DNA of 64,000 nt from Candidatus Bathyarchaeota archaeon (lineage in GTDB: Archaea; Thermoproteota; Bathyarchaeia; Bathyarchaeales; Bathycorpusculaceae): positions 1 to 64,000 of the forward strand of contig CAWDYC010000007.1 in the NCBI GenBank assembly GCA_963806535.1, read 5' to 3'. The translations under genes and the position numbers were made by a program. The notes under the pieces were generated by a model, which did no database searches, was not told the origin of the DNA, and saw nothing but the letters and a program-made list of their open reading frames with translations. Below, piece by piece: positions 39,488 through 50,003 of this stretch (positions within the stretch are counted from its first letter, which is position 1; every line of letters starts with the position of its first letter).

Positions 39488-40846
39488 TCAGGACAACATC
39501 ATGGGAGCCTTTTTGATAACAGTCCAGAAACCTTCCCTCTTAATCTTATGCAGAATCCGCTTCGGCGACTTATTGAAGCTCATGTGGAATTGCCGCTGAA
39601 TCTTTAATAAAGACGCATAATCGAAATCCGCAGTTTTCACATATGCCGCGTAATCTTCAATTTGGTCGTAGAGGTGGTTCTGCATGACTTCATCATAGAG
39701 TGGGCTGCCTGGAACTGCAATGTAGATGTTCCAACGGCAGAAGTCAGGGTCAAGTTTTCTAGCGAACTTAAATGAAGTTTTCATGTCCTCGACTGTTTCG
39801 CCGGGGATGCCCAGCAGAAAAGAACAGGCAGTTTGAATTCCCTCATCTCTGCACAGCTCAAATGCACGTTCAGTCTGCTCGACTGTGATACCCTTGTTAA
39901 TTTTCTCGAGAATTCGAGGAGAGCCAGATTCGACCCCGAACCATATGGTTTTGCAGCCTGCAGATTTCATTTCTTGCACGAGTTCTTTTGAGAGGAGATC
40001 GGCTCGGGTGTCACAGACCCATTGGAGGTCAAGTTTACTTTCACGGATTAATCTACAAAGCTCAATGGTTTCTTTCTTTTTAATGGTAAAATTATCGTTT
40101 ATGAAATACACGCCTTTGGTGCCGAAGTTAGTCATTAAATATTTGATTTCGTCCAAAACCCTTTGAGGGCTGAAAGTGCGGCATGTTCGCCCCATCAACC
40201 CCGTGGTTTCACAGAAAGCACAACTAAACGGGCAGCCCCTAGCAATACTCATGTTATCCACGGGTTTAACGTTTAGATATTCCATTTCTCTTACGTAACG
40301 GTCCATCGGCAACAGATGCCAAGCGGGAAAAGGAATCTCATCCATATTCTTAATGAATTGCCGCTGGTTTTTGATGATTTTATCGTTACTTCTATATGCA
40401 AGTCCAGCAATGTTGGAGGGTCCGCTGGTTTTGTCGCCTTTGATGATGTAGTTGGCAAGCTGCTTCATGGCGAATTCGCCCTCGCCCATAACAACATAGT
40501 CAACTTCGGGATTCTGCAACAAGGTTTCGGGTTCGTATGAGGCATGCCAGCCGCCGACAACAACTTTGCAGGTTGGCACGGTTTCTTTAACTGCCTTGGC
40601 GGTTTCGATAACTCGACTATAAGTCACTGAGCTGCAAGTTATACCGACTATTTCAGGTTTGAGTTTCGCTAATTCAGCCGTTATCTCTTCAATAGGCTTC
40701 TCCAGCATGTAGTTATCTATCATCTGGACTTGAAAACCGCTCCTTTCTATGGCAGCAGCAACGTAAGCTAAGCCTATTGGAATGAATTTTCTGCCATGAA
40801 TCCAAGGTCCCTTTACTGGGGGTGCAGGCGTCATTAACAAAATCAA
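39488..40846 (-). CDS. B12-binding radical SAM enzyme (class B methylase-like)
   Basis: PIGLAYVAA, GGWHA, GEGE, RGCPFSCAFC, DDNF-like NDNF, GVESGS, GIPGET. Confidence 0.9.
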   Translation of the reverse strand: MILLMTPAPPVKGPWIHGRKFIPIGLAYVAAAIERSGFQVQMIDNYMLEKPIEEITAELAKLKPEIVGITCSSVTYSRVIETAKAVKETVPTCKVVVGGWHASYEPETLLQNPEVDYVVMGEGEFAMKQLANYIIKGDKTSGPSNIAGLAYRSNDKIIKNQRQFIKNMDEIPFPAWHLLPMDRYVREMEYLNVKPVDNMSIARGCPFSCAFCETTGLMGRTCRTFSPQRVLDEIKYLMTNFGTKGVYFINDNFTIKKKETIELCRLIRESKLDLQWVCDTRADLLSKELVQEMKSAGCKTIWFGVESGSPRILEKINKGITVEQTERAFELCRDEGIQTACSFLLGIPGETVEDMKTSFKFARKLDPDFCRWNIYIAVPGSPLYDEVMQNHLYDQIEDYAAYVKTADFDYASLLKIQRQFHMSFNKSPKRILHKIKREGFWTVIKKAPMMLS

Positions 40847-41078
40847 TCAGTATACGTCCTATCTGTTGCGAGTAGAAATAGTTACTATGGAAGTTTGTAG
40901 ATAAAGATTTCTTTAAAAATCAAAATCTTGCTTTTTTCGCAGTTGAAGGTCAAATAAAGTGGAAACAGTAGGTGTTTCATCTCATAAACCCAGTTTTGCA
41001 GTTTTTATTTAAAATTACGAAATGTTTAAGCACCCGTCATCTTGTATTTTCAGGAAATAAGGCATTTAGTGAAACGGA

Positions 41079-42464
41079 ATGAAGCCGCACGTAACTCTTG
41101 TAAATCCACCAACTCCGCAGGGATCTATGGGACATTTACCCTTTGCAGTTTTAGGTTTAGGCTATTTAGGCGCGGTTTTGGAGAAAAACAACTTTACAGT
41201 TGACGTTATTGATTGCCAGGCGCTCAACCTCTCATTTGAACAGGTTAAAGAGGAACTCAAAAAGCGTCAGCCCGACATAGTTGGCTTAACGGCAAGCACA
41301 CTCTCATACAAATCAGGATTAAAAATAATAAAATTAGCAAAAGAAGTTAACCCAAACATCTTAACCATAATGGGTGGACCGCACGTTACCTTCTGGGACA
41401 CCCAAGCCTTAGAAGAATGCCCGCAACTCGATGTTGTAATAAGAAGAGAAGGAGAGTACACATTACTGGAGTTAGTGCAGAAGGTGGAGGCAAAACAGGG
41501 TTTCCAAGATGTTCTGGGCATTACATACCGTATCGATGGCAAAATCGTCAAGAATGAAGACCGACCCTACATAGAAAACCTCGATGAACTGCCTTTTCCG
41601 GCACGGCATCTCTGGCCTATGGAGCAGCTGCGCAAGTATGAGGATGTTCTTTACTTAACCACCAGCAGAGGCTGCGTATTCTGGTGTAATTTCTGTGCCA
41701 CTGTACGAATGCATGGCCGAAAATATCGGTGGAGAAGCCCAGAAAATGTGGCGGATGAACTGGAGTTGCTGCATAAAAACTATGGCGTAGTCACATTTAC
41801 CTTCTGTGACGACGCATTCACCGTGGACCAAGCAAGAACCGAAAAGTTGTGCAAGGAAATTCTTAACCGCAAATTACAAATAAAATGGAACTGCGGCACC
41901 CGCGTTGATATGCTAACTAAAGAGTTGCTTGTTAAAATGAAGGAGGCTGGTTGCATCTCGGTTTGGTTCGGTGTGGAGTCGGGTTCTCAGCAAGTCCTAG
42001 ACGAAATGAAGAAAGGCATCACTACTGAACAAACCATAAAAGTGTTGGGCTGGGTGAGAGAAGTCGGGTTAAAACCGGTTCCCAACGTAATCTTAGGATT
42101 CCCCAGCGAAACAAAGAAAACCGCTTGGAAAACGATAAAGTACGCAGAAAAACTAAGTCCTAAAGATGTCCCATTCTACAACATTGCCACTCCGTTTCCG
42201 GGCACGCCTATGTACGACCAGGTTATAGAGAAAGGCTGGCTAAAAGTAGCCGACTTTGACAAATATGACACTGCAACACCCATTTTTGAAACGCCCTGGA
42301 TAAGCATGAAACAACTCAAAGAGATTCGGCAACAGGCGTTCAACCACTTCTATCTGCGACGCGCTTACTATCTTGACAAATCCCGGCGGTTCAAAATTTC
42401 CACGGCGCTCACTGTTGGAATTAACTTGGCAGCATTCATAAAATCGAAGTTTAGAGCACTATAA
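41079..42464 (+). CDS. B12-binding radical SAM enzyme
   Basis: LGLGYLGAVL, GGPHVT, SRGCVFWCNFC, DDAF, GVESGS, TPFPGT. Confidence 0.9.
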   Translation: MKPHVTLVNPPTPQGSMGHLPFAVLGLGYLGAVLEKNNFTVDVIDCQALNLSFEQVKEELKKRQPDIVGLTASTLSYKSGLKIIKLAKEVNPNILTIMGGPHVTFWDTQALEECPQLDVVIRREGEYTLLELVQKVEAKQGFQDVLGITYRIDGKIVKNEDRPYIENLDELPFPARHLWPMEQLRKYEDVLYLTTSRGCVFWCNFCATVRMHGRKYRWRSPENVADELELLHKNYGVVTFTFCDDAFTVDQARTEKLCKEILNRKLQIKWNCGTRVDMLTKELLVKMKEAGCISVWFGVESGSQQVLDEMKKGITTEQTIKVLGWVREVGLKPVPNVILGFPSETKKTAWKTIKYAEKLSPKDVPFYNIATPFPGTPMYDQVIEKGWLKVADFDKYDTATPIFETPWISMKQLKEIRQQAFNHFYLRRAYYLDKSRRFKISTALTVGINLAAFIKSKFRAL

Positions 42465-42631
42465 CAAAAAAATGAGCTCACAGTTAGTCTCTGACGTTTT
42501 TTAATAACTACTAATTTTCAGTCATTTCTCAGGTTTTTGAGGCAGCCTAGTACTGAGATGCAGAAAAATGCAAAATATATATGGTGCAGTTCGTATTACA
42601 GCTAACTAACAACGCATATTAGGGAAGAGAA

Positions 42632-44035
42632 ATGACCACTCACATTACACTAGTAAATCCCCCATATCCTTTAGGGTCTCATTTGCACCCACCGTTCCTC
42701 CCATTGGGTCTTGGTTATTTAGCTGCAGTTTTAGAAAAAAACAACTACAAAGTCGACATAATCGATTGCCAAGCTCTCAAAATTGGTTATGATCAAGCTA
42801 AAGAGGAAATTAAAACTCGCCAGCCCGACATAGTTGGAGTTACCTCAACCACACTTACATACAAATCTGCACTAAAAATTGTGCAAATGGCAAAAGAAGT
42901 AAATCCTAACATTTTAACAATTATGGGTGGACCACACGTCACATTCTGGGATCAAGAAGCCTTAGGAGAATGCCCACAACTCGACGTCGTAGTAAGAAGA
43001 GAAGGCGAACAAACCGTACTAGAATTGGTACAAAAAGCCGAAGCAAAACAAAGCTTCAAAGACATATTAGGCATAACTTACCGCGACAACGGACAAACAG
43101 TGAGAACTGAAGATCGCCCTTGGCTAGAAAACCTCGATGAATTACCCTTCCCAGCCATTCATCTGTGGCCTATTGAAAAAATGAGAAGCTTCGGCGAAGT
43201 AATCTTTCCCCTAACCACGAGCAGAGGCTGCGTATTCTGGTGCAACTTCTGTACTGCCGTTCGTATGTTTGGCAGAAAATACCGCATGAGAAGCGTAAAG
43301 AACGTAGTAGATGAAATTGAATATCTGCACAAAACCTTTGGTGCTGAACACTTCACCTTCTACGATGACGCATTCACGGTAGATCAATCCCGAACCGAAG
43401 CACTATGCCAAGACATCCTTAACCGAGGGTTAAAAATACGGTGGAACTGCGAAACCCGCGTTGACATGGTTACCAAAGAGTTACTTGCTAAAATGAAAGC
43501 TGCAGGATGCACTGATGTCTGGTTTGGCGTTGAATCCGGTTCAAATAAAGTGTTAAACTCTATGGATAAGGGAATCTCCATTGAGCGAACACAACAAGCC
43601 TTCAGATGGGCACATGAAGTCAAACTAATGACAGTTGCAAACGTGATTCTTGGCTTCCCAACTGAAACCAAAGAAAGCATCTGGCAAACCGTTAAATTTA
43701 TCGAAAAACTAGACCCAAACGACGTTGGCTACTACATTGCAACACCTTACCCTGGAACACCCATGTACAACCAAGTGAAAGAAAGCGGTGCACTGCAAAT
43801 CTTCGACTTCGACAAATACGACACAGCAACACCAACCTTTAAACTCGATAACTTAACCATGGAAGAACTCAGAGAAACACGCGAAAAAGCATTCCACAGC
43901 TTCTACTTACGACCCCGCTACATGTTAAGCGTGATCTTCAAAGGCGGAGTCTACGGCCGAGCATCAACCATGCTGGTCTTAGCTCACCTTCGCAGAGCAA
44001 TAAGGTCCAAATTCTCTTTCAAAAAATCAGCTTAG
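42632..44035 (+). CDS. B12-binding radical SAM enzyme, close paralog of 41079-42464
   Basis: PLGLGYLAAVL, GGPHVT, SRGCVFWCNFC, GVESGS, TPYPGT. Confidence 0.9.
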   Translation: MTTHITLVNPPYPLGSHLHPPFLPLGLGYLAAVLEKNNYKVDIIDCQALKIGYDQAKEEIKTRQPDIVGVTSTTLTYKSALKIVQMAKEVNPNILTIMGGPHVTFWDQEALGECPQLDVVVRREGEQTVLELVQKAEAKQSFKDILGITYRDNGQTVRTEDRPWLENLDELPFPAIHLWPIEKMRSFGEVIFPLTTSRGCVFWCNFCTAVRMFGRKYRMRSVKNVVDEIEYLHKTFGAEHFTFYDDAFTVDQSRTEALCQDILNRGLKIRWNCETRVDMVTKELLAKMKAAGCTDVWFGVESGSNKVLNSMDKGISIERTQQAFRWAHEVKLMTVANVILGFPTETKESIWQTVKFIEKLDPNDVGYYIATPYPGTPMYNQVKESGALQIFDFDKYDTATPTFKLDNLTMEELRETREKAFHSFYLRPRYMLSVIFKGGVYGRASTMLVLAHLRRAIRSKFSFKKSA

Positions 44036-44140
44036 ACCCAGTTTTCTTGTAGGCAAGCTCCAAGCAGTTTTTCTTTTCTTCATTTAGTCAAAAGTGAGGC
44101 TTTATATCACATTTCAGTAACTTCTTCCACGGGGTATATC

Positions 44141-44975
44141 ATGAAAGTTGCCTCTATGTGGAGCGGAGGAAAAGACAGTTCACTTGCTACTTACGATGCT
44201 ATTATGCAAGGCCATGAAGTTTCAGACTTTGTAAGCTACAGTTACAAAGGAACCTCTCAACCAAATCCAAATATGCCCATCAGTCCACTAAGTCGAATCT
44301 TCAATATAGTTGGAAGAGCAAGCCCAAGTATAGTATCTAACCTTGCAAGCGTCATTTACCATAAAGACCTCAGCACCATGATTCCCCATGAGGTTGCACC
44401 AGAAATCATACAGAAACAAGCCCAAGCAATTGAAGTGCCTCTTGTTCAGGGTGAAGTAAGATGGGACACAATCGATCAATTCTTAAAAACCAGCATTCGC
44501 TCACTAAAGACGAAAGGAGTTGAAGGTTTAGTTTTTGGAGTGGTGCCGCCCACATTTTCCTCTGGACACTAGCGAGAAACTCAGAGAATACCAGACTCTC
44601 GTGGCACATAAGGAATGGATGAACCGCATCTGCAGTGAATTAAACGTAAAACCAATTACGCCACTTTGGGAAAGCAACCCTGATCAGATTCTAAGAGACC
44701 TCATCACCAAAGGGTTTGAATCAATTATCCTTGTGGTAGATTCGAAATATTTTGGTGAAGAATGGTTGGGCCGAAAAATAGACAAGGACTTTTTGGATGC
44801 TGTATACAAGCTTAAACGGGAAAAAAGCGTACACATCGGAGGCAGCGGATACCACACGCTGGTTTTAGACGGCCCGCTTTTCAAGAAACGATTAAAAATT
44901 CAGAAAAGCCGAAAAATTTGGAAACGCGGATACGGTGTCTTAGAAATCGATGAACTAGATCTCGTAGCAAAATAG
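44141..44975 (+). CDS. Divergent Dph6/DUF71-like PP-loop ATP pyrophosphatase; frameshift near 44550
   Basis: WSGGKDS, QAQAI..PL, PLW, WLGR, YHTLVLDGP.F; two insertions relative to 22672-23358. Confidence 0.75.
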
Positions 44976-45076
44976 TAAAACAGCAAGTTTAAACCATCTT
45001 AGTCTTTGGCTGGTTTTTTTGGAAACTATATAAACTGTAGCTACGTATAGTTTGGAAACTAAATGGGTGTCTCTAT

Positions 45077-46531
45077 ATGTCGATGGTGGAAAAGAAAAAT
45101 GTGAAGGTCGCATTAGTTAACCCACCTATCATTGAAGGTACGTTCCGCCATCAACTTTATCTGCCGATGGGTTTAGCCTATTTGGCAGCTGTTCTTCAAC
45201 AAAACGGCATCGAAGTTAAAGTCATCGATTGCCAAGCCATATACATAAATCATGAGCACCTAAAATCAGAGTTGAGCTCTTTTCAACCCGACATTGTGGG
45301 GATAACATCAATTGCCCCGTTGATGAGTTCAGCGTTGCTGTCAGCGAAGGCGGCAAAGGAAACCTTGCCTGGCGTCCAAGTGATAATGGGTGGGCCTCAC
45401 GCGACGTTTATGGATGAGCAAATCATCGCGCAGGAATCAGCGGTTGACCTCATCGTTAGAGGTGAAGGCGAACAGACGCTACTCGAAATTGCGCAAAACC
45501 TAGGCGAACACAGCAAACTCCACGACATTAAAGGAATCACTTACAAAGAAAACAACCAGGTTCTCCGAACACCCAACCGACCTTTCATTCAAGATTTGGA
45601 TGCTCTACCCAAACCAGCCTACAACCTCTTCGAGCTTGACAGGTATCGGCTGTTTGGAAAAAGACTCTTACCCGTAATCACAAGTCGAGGATGCCCCTTC
45701 CAATGCAATTTTTGCGTTGCAACACGCATGTTCGGCAAAGAATATCGTATGCGAAGTGCAGAAGGCGTGCTCGACGAGTTGGAATGGTTAAAGAATACTC
45801 ATGGAGCTGAAGCGTTCACGTTCTATGACGATACTTTAACGTTTAACAAAGAGAGACTTTTCAAAATCTGCGACGGAATGAAAAGCCGAGGAATCAATCT
45901 GCCATGGGATTGCCAAACAAGAGTTGACCAGGTGTCGCCTGAGGTTTTGGCAAAGATGCGGGCGGCAGGCTGCCAACAGGTGTTCTTCGGTGTTGAATCA
46001 GGCTGCCAAAAAGTCCTCAATGCTATAAGCAAAAAAACGCGTGTTGAACAAAACGAAAAAGCGATAAAGATGGCAAAAGAAGCGGGTCTTTTCGTTACAA
46101 TCTCATTAATAATTGGCTATCCAGGCGAAACACAAGATACATTAAAAGAAACATTGACTTTTGTTCAAAAAACAAAACCTGACGACGTTTATGTTTGTGT
46201 AGCTACGCCTTTTCCAGGGACAGAGCTGCGGAATGTTGTTGAGAAAAATGGGTGGCAAATATCTGCTAACTGGGATTGCTTTGATACGATGACGCCTGTT
46301 TTTGAAAATCCTGAGTTATCGCTTTCACCCAAAGAGATTAAGAGATTTAGAGAACAATTCTACGACAGCATTTATTCTCCACGCTATGTTATTCAGCATT
46401 TGCTTAGAAGGAATTCTTACAGTAGAATGATGGCGCGAACAGCTGCAAACCATATTTTGTGGAGAATCAAATCATCTCGGAAACAAGAAGAGGATGTTCC
46501 TTCAGAAAATAGTGCACAACAGACAACCTAA
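45077..46531 (+). CDS. B12-binding radical SAM enzyme
   Basis: PMGLAYLAAVL, GGPHAT, GEGE, SRGCPFQCNFC, GVESG, GYPGET, TPFPGT. Confidence 0.9.
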   Translation: MSMVEKKNVKVALVNPPIIEGTFRHQLYLPMGLAYLAAVLQQNGIEVKVIDCQAIYINHEHLKSELSSFQPDIVGITSIAPLMSSALLSAKAAKETLPGVQVIMGGPHATFMDEQIIAQESAVDLIVRGEGEQTLLEIAQNLGEHSKLHDIKGITYKENNQVLRTPNRPFIQDLDALPKPAYNLFELDRYRLFGKRLLPVITSRGCPFQCNFCVATRMFGKEYRMRSAEGVLDELEWLKNTHGAEAFTFYDDTLTFNKERLFKICDGMKSRGINLPWDCQTRVDQVSPEVLAKMRAAGCQQVFFGVESGCQKVLNAISKKTRVEQNEKAIKMAKEAGLFVTISLIIGYPGETQDTLKETLTFVQKTKPDDVYVCVATPFPGTELRNVVEKNGWQISANWDCFDTMTPVFENPELSLSPKEIKRFREQFYDSIYSPRYVIQHLLRRNSYSRMMARTAANHILWRIKSSRKQEEDVPSENSAQQTT

Positions 46532-46541
46532 TTCAAAAAAA

Positions 46542-47680
46542 TTATTTTGGATAATAACCTAGAACCTTCAGCAATGCCTTGGTAGAAGGGTGTTTTCCAT
46601 ACTTAACATGAATTAGCTGAAGAATCTCTTTTGCAGGAAATAGAAAATTAACGGTCTTGTTTAGTTCATGAAAGGGCTTGCCGCTGAATTGCGAGTAGTT
46701 GTGAATGTAAAAGAGAAGCGCTTGTTTGCGCGAATAGAAGTGAGGAATGTAATTTTCGATTTTGTACTTTCTGCAGACAGAATCGAACCGCACATATGTC
46801 GCGTATAAGTAAGACTCGTCCATATTGCCGCATGAAGGAGACATTGGTCTTCCCTCATACAGCTCATTATATTTTGAAAGCAACGGTGTACGTTGACTGA
46901 TTCAGGAAAGTTTTTGAAGCGGTCCGATCCCCTCATATCCAACATTCCGCTTAAAACAAATTTGGCACCGTTTTTCTTAGCTGCCTCAATAACCTGCGAC
47001 ATATTTTCCTCGGTGTCTGTTACAAATGGAATAAGCGGAATCATCCACAAACCGACCGTTATGCCCTTATCTGACAGCTTTTTTATCACTTCTAGTCTTC
47101 GTTTTGGAGAGGGCGCATTCGGTTCTAGAGTTTTTGCTAATTTTTCATCAAGCGTTGTTATCGTTACTGCGATGCAGCACCATGATTTTTTAGAAGCCTC
47201 TTCCAAAAGGTCTAGGTCACGTAGAATAAGATCGGACTTCGTGCCGATTGCAAAAGGCCAACCGTTCTCATTCAACACTTCCAAAATTCGGCGTGTAATT
47301 TGATATTTCTTTTCCGCTGGCTGGTATGGGTCCGTGCTTAAGCTTAATCTAACGACACCCTTCCGCTTAAACGTGGATAATTCTTTGGCTAATATTTGGG
47401 GTGCATTCGTCTTAGCATAAACAGGAACGGAAAAATCCTTGCATCCTTCATATTTTTGAGAACTAGTGTGGCAGTATAAGCAGTTAAATTCGCAGTTATT
47501 GTAGGGATCAAAACAGTAGCTTGTCCAAAACTGAGTTTTTAACATCTCAAATGTGCCCAAAACACTCTTGCAGTTTGTTTCTTGATATTTAGCCGGTTCT
47601 GGAGGCATTGAATCCCTTTTCAGTTTCATTTCATCCTGTAAGATATTATTAACTTTAGCTATTTTTGTCTGAATAATCAT
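46542..47680 (-). CDS. Radical SAM protein of the spore-photoproduct-lyase-like (Rv2578c-like) family; frameshift near 46895
   Basis: DPYNNCEFNCLYC, STDPYQPAE..Y.ITR, TKSDLILRD, LEP.APSP..RL. Confidence 0.8.
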
Positions 47681-47760
47681 CCCTCAAACTCGTTGAACAG
47701 TATAATGTCAGCAGAATACTCCTTTAACGGTGTGAATTGTTACAAACTTCTTAGCTGCAT

Positions 47761-49210
47761 TCATTTTCCCAACAAAAACTGAATTGTTCTTTTTGGGTTG
47801 CGAAGTGCCTTTGCAATCTTCGCGGGAGTTAGTGAGTAGTTTATGAGATTTGCTTTGGCGCATAATTCGCTAAGTTCGGTTGCTGTGAACTCTGGAGTTT
47901 CAATTAGAGGTTCAACTTCGGCTAGGGCTTCATCGCTGAATTTCTCCTTTAAATAGCCGCCTCTTACTGCTTGTTCGTAAAGTTCAGTCCCGTAAAGAGG
48001 CATGGCTATGCTGAAGTAAAATCTGTCAGCGCCAAGGCTTCTTAGTTTGTAAGCATACTTTATTGTTTCGTTTATGTCGTCTTTTGTTTCGCCTATAAGA
48101 CCAATAACAAAGAAACAACCAACTTTGATGCCCACTTTCTTAGATAAAATAACAGCTGTTTCAACATCTTTCAAATTCAAGTTCTTCTTGACAATCTTGA
48201 TCTAAAACTCGTTGAACACCAGATTCTGGAGCAATACGTATTTTTTTGCAGCCGGAAGCTTTCATTTTTCTTAAAAGATTTTCATCAAGAGTGTCTGCTC
48301 TAACGCCGTTGGGTGTAAACCATTCAATGTGTAATTTTCTTTTTACGATCAGATCGCAGATGGCTTCTCCTCTTTTTTTGTCTAGCATCATATTGTCATC
48401 GTAAAAATCAATCTGTTTAATTTTATACGTGTTAACCAAATATTCGATTTCATCAACCACATTCTGGGGACTTCTTCCTCGCCAAGTTTTTCCCATAACG
48501 TTATGAATTGAACAAAAAACGCAGCCATAAGGGACAGCCTCTGCTGGTTATCATCATTGCCCAGGGTTTGCTAATTTCACCTCGCAGGGGATTTTCTTTC
48601 ACAGCTTCAAAATATGTATTCATTGGAAGTAGATGTCTTGCAGGAAATGGCAGCGAATCTAAATTTTCGATTGGAGGTCTCGGAGGCGTAATAACTATTT
48701 TTTCTTTCTCGGCAAAGCCAATACCTTTTACGTTCTTGACTTTGTCTCTATTTTTCTCTAGTGCATCCACTAACTCGGACATAGTTTGTTCTGGTTCGCC
48801 AATAACAACAAAATCAATGTCGGGATTTGCAAGGCATTCAGTTAGGTCTTGTAGAGGGATGTAAACCATTCAGTACGACGGTGACGTCTTTGTTGATGTT
48901 TTTTATTGCGGAAACAACTTCAGCGGTAGATTTCCACCAACCAGAGAACGGAACTGAAATATCAACGACGCTTGGCGACCATTCTTTTACTCTATTTGCT
49001 ATTTCCTCGTTGGATAAACCCTGTCGATAATTCATTCCCTTTATTTCTTCAAGGTTTTTCCAGCCTTCAGCAGGCGCATCTATTATTCGGACGTCGATGT
49101 TCCTTTTCAAGAACAGCTGCTATATACGCTATATCTAAAGGTTGAAATACACTTGGTTTTCCCCATAATTTGGGATGAATACGCGGGGGATTAATTAAAC
49201 AAACGCGCAT
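47761..49210 (-). CDS. B12-binding radical SAM enzyme broken by several frameshifts (track ORFs 48838-49110, 48501-48869, 48161-48496, 47761-48180)
   Basis: MRVCLINPP..QPLDIAYIAAVL, GLHP, GEPE, SRGCP..C.FC, DDN, PNGVRAD, APESG, P..GTELY. Confidence 0.82.
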
Positions 49211-49410
49211 ATGAATTTACCACAGTTTTTAATGCGTAGTAAGGTATCTGATTTTTTGTTGTATTAGGATTGAAGATTCTGATTAACATTTGCTTTATGG
49301 AAGGTTTAGTTCTGGAGACATCGAAAATTGGAGAGTACTCGAAGATTCCCTTTTGTCAAAACTTCAGTTTTCCGAGAATATCCCGAAAAGCATCCATTGT
49401 CTATGATATA

Positions 49411-49846
49411 TTACAATTTTTGTTTATTTCTAAATCGCAATGCCTCAACAAGAAAAATAACTGCAGAAACAACTGTCACCACTGTTAAAAGCCAAAACGA
49501 TTCTTGAATGGGGTCGTTTAAAATCAAATGAGGAACCAAAATTGCAATCTCTGAGATCAAAACTCCCAATAAAAACAAAGCCGAATATTGCAAAGCTAGG
49601 CAAAAGGGTTTTTCCTACCCAGACATAGCCTTTCATGTTTACTTTTTCCTTAACAACGTAATTTCCATATTCGTCTTTAACAACCAAACCTAAATCCAAA
49701 AGTTTCTGAAGGTTTCGATAAGCAACGCTTGGGCTGCTAAGGTTGGCTCCGCGCATCAAATCTCTGGGTCCAACAGGCTTTCCCATCTTGACCATGTAGA
49801 CGTAAGTTTGAAATGTCGTTGCATTCAGTTCTTCGTCGGGTTGCAA
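49411..49846 (-). CDS. Winged-helix transcriptional regulator with C-terminal TM helices; frameshift near 49560
   Basis: Y.YM...KPVGPRDLMR..NLSSPSVAYR.LQKL..LGLV.KD..G.Y, followed by two hydrophobic segments. Confidence 0.7.
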
Positions 49847-50003
49847 GCTATAACCAACCTTTAACCAATTAACGATGCTCTTGCTTAAAAAACCAAGCCA
49901 TCAAAAGCCGCAAATGTTTTTTCACATTGAAAAGGAATAACTATTCTGTAACTTTGCAAACCGTAATTGATATAAACACTTTACCCGAAGTATCACGAAA
50001 GCA

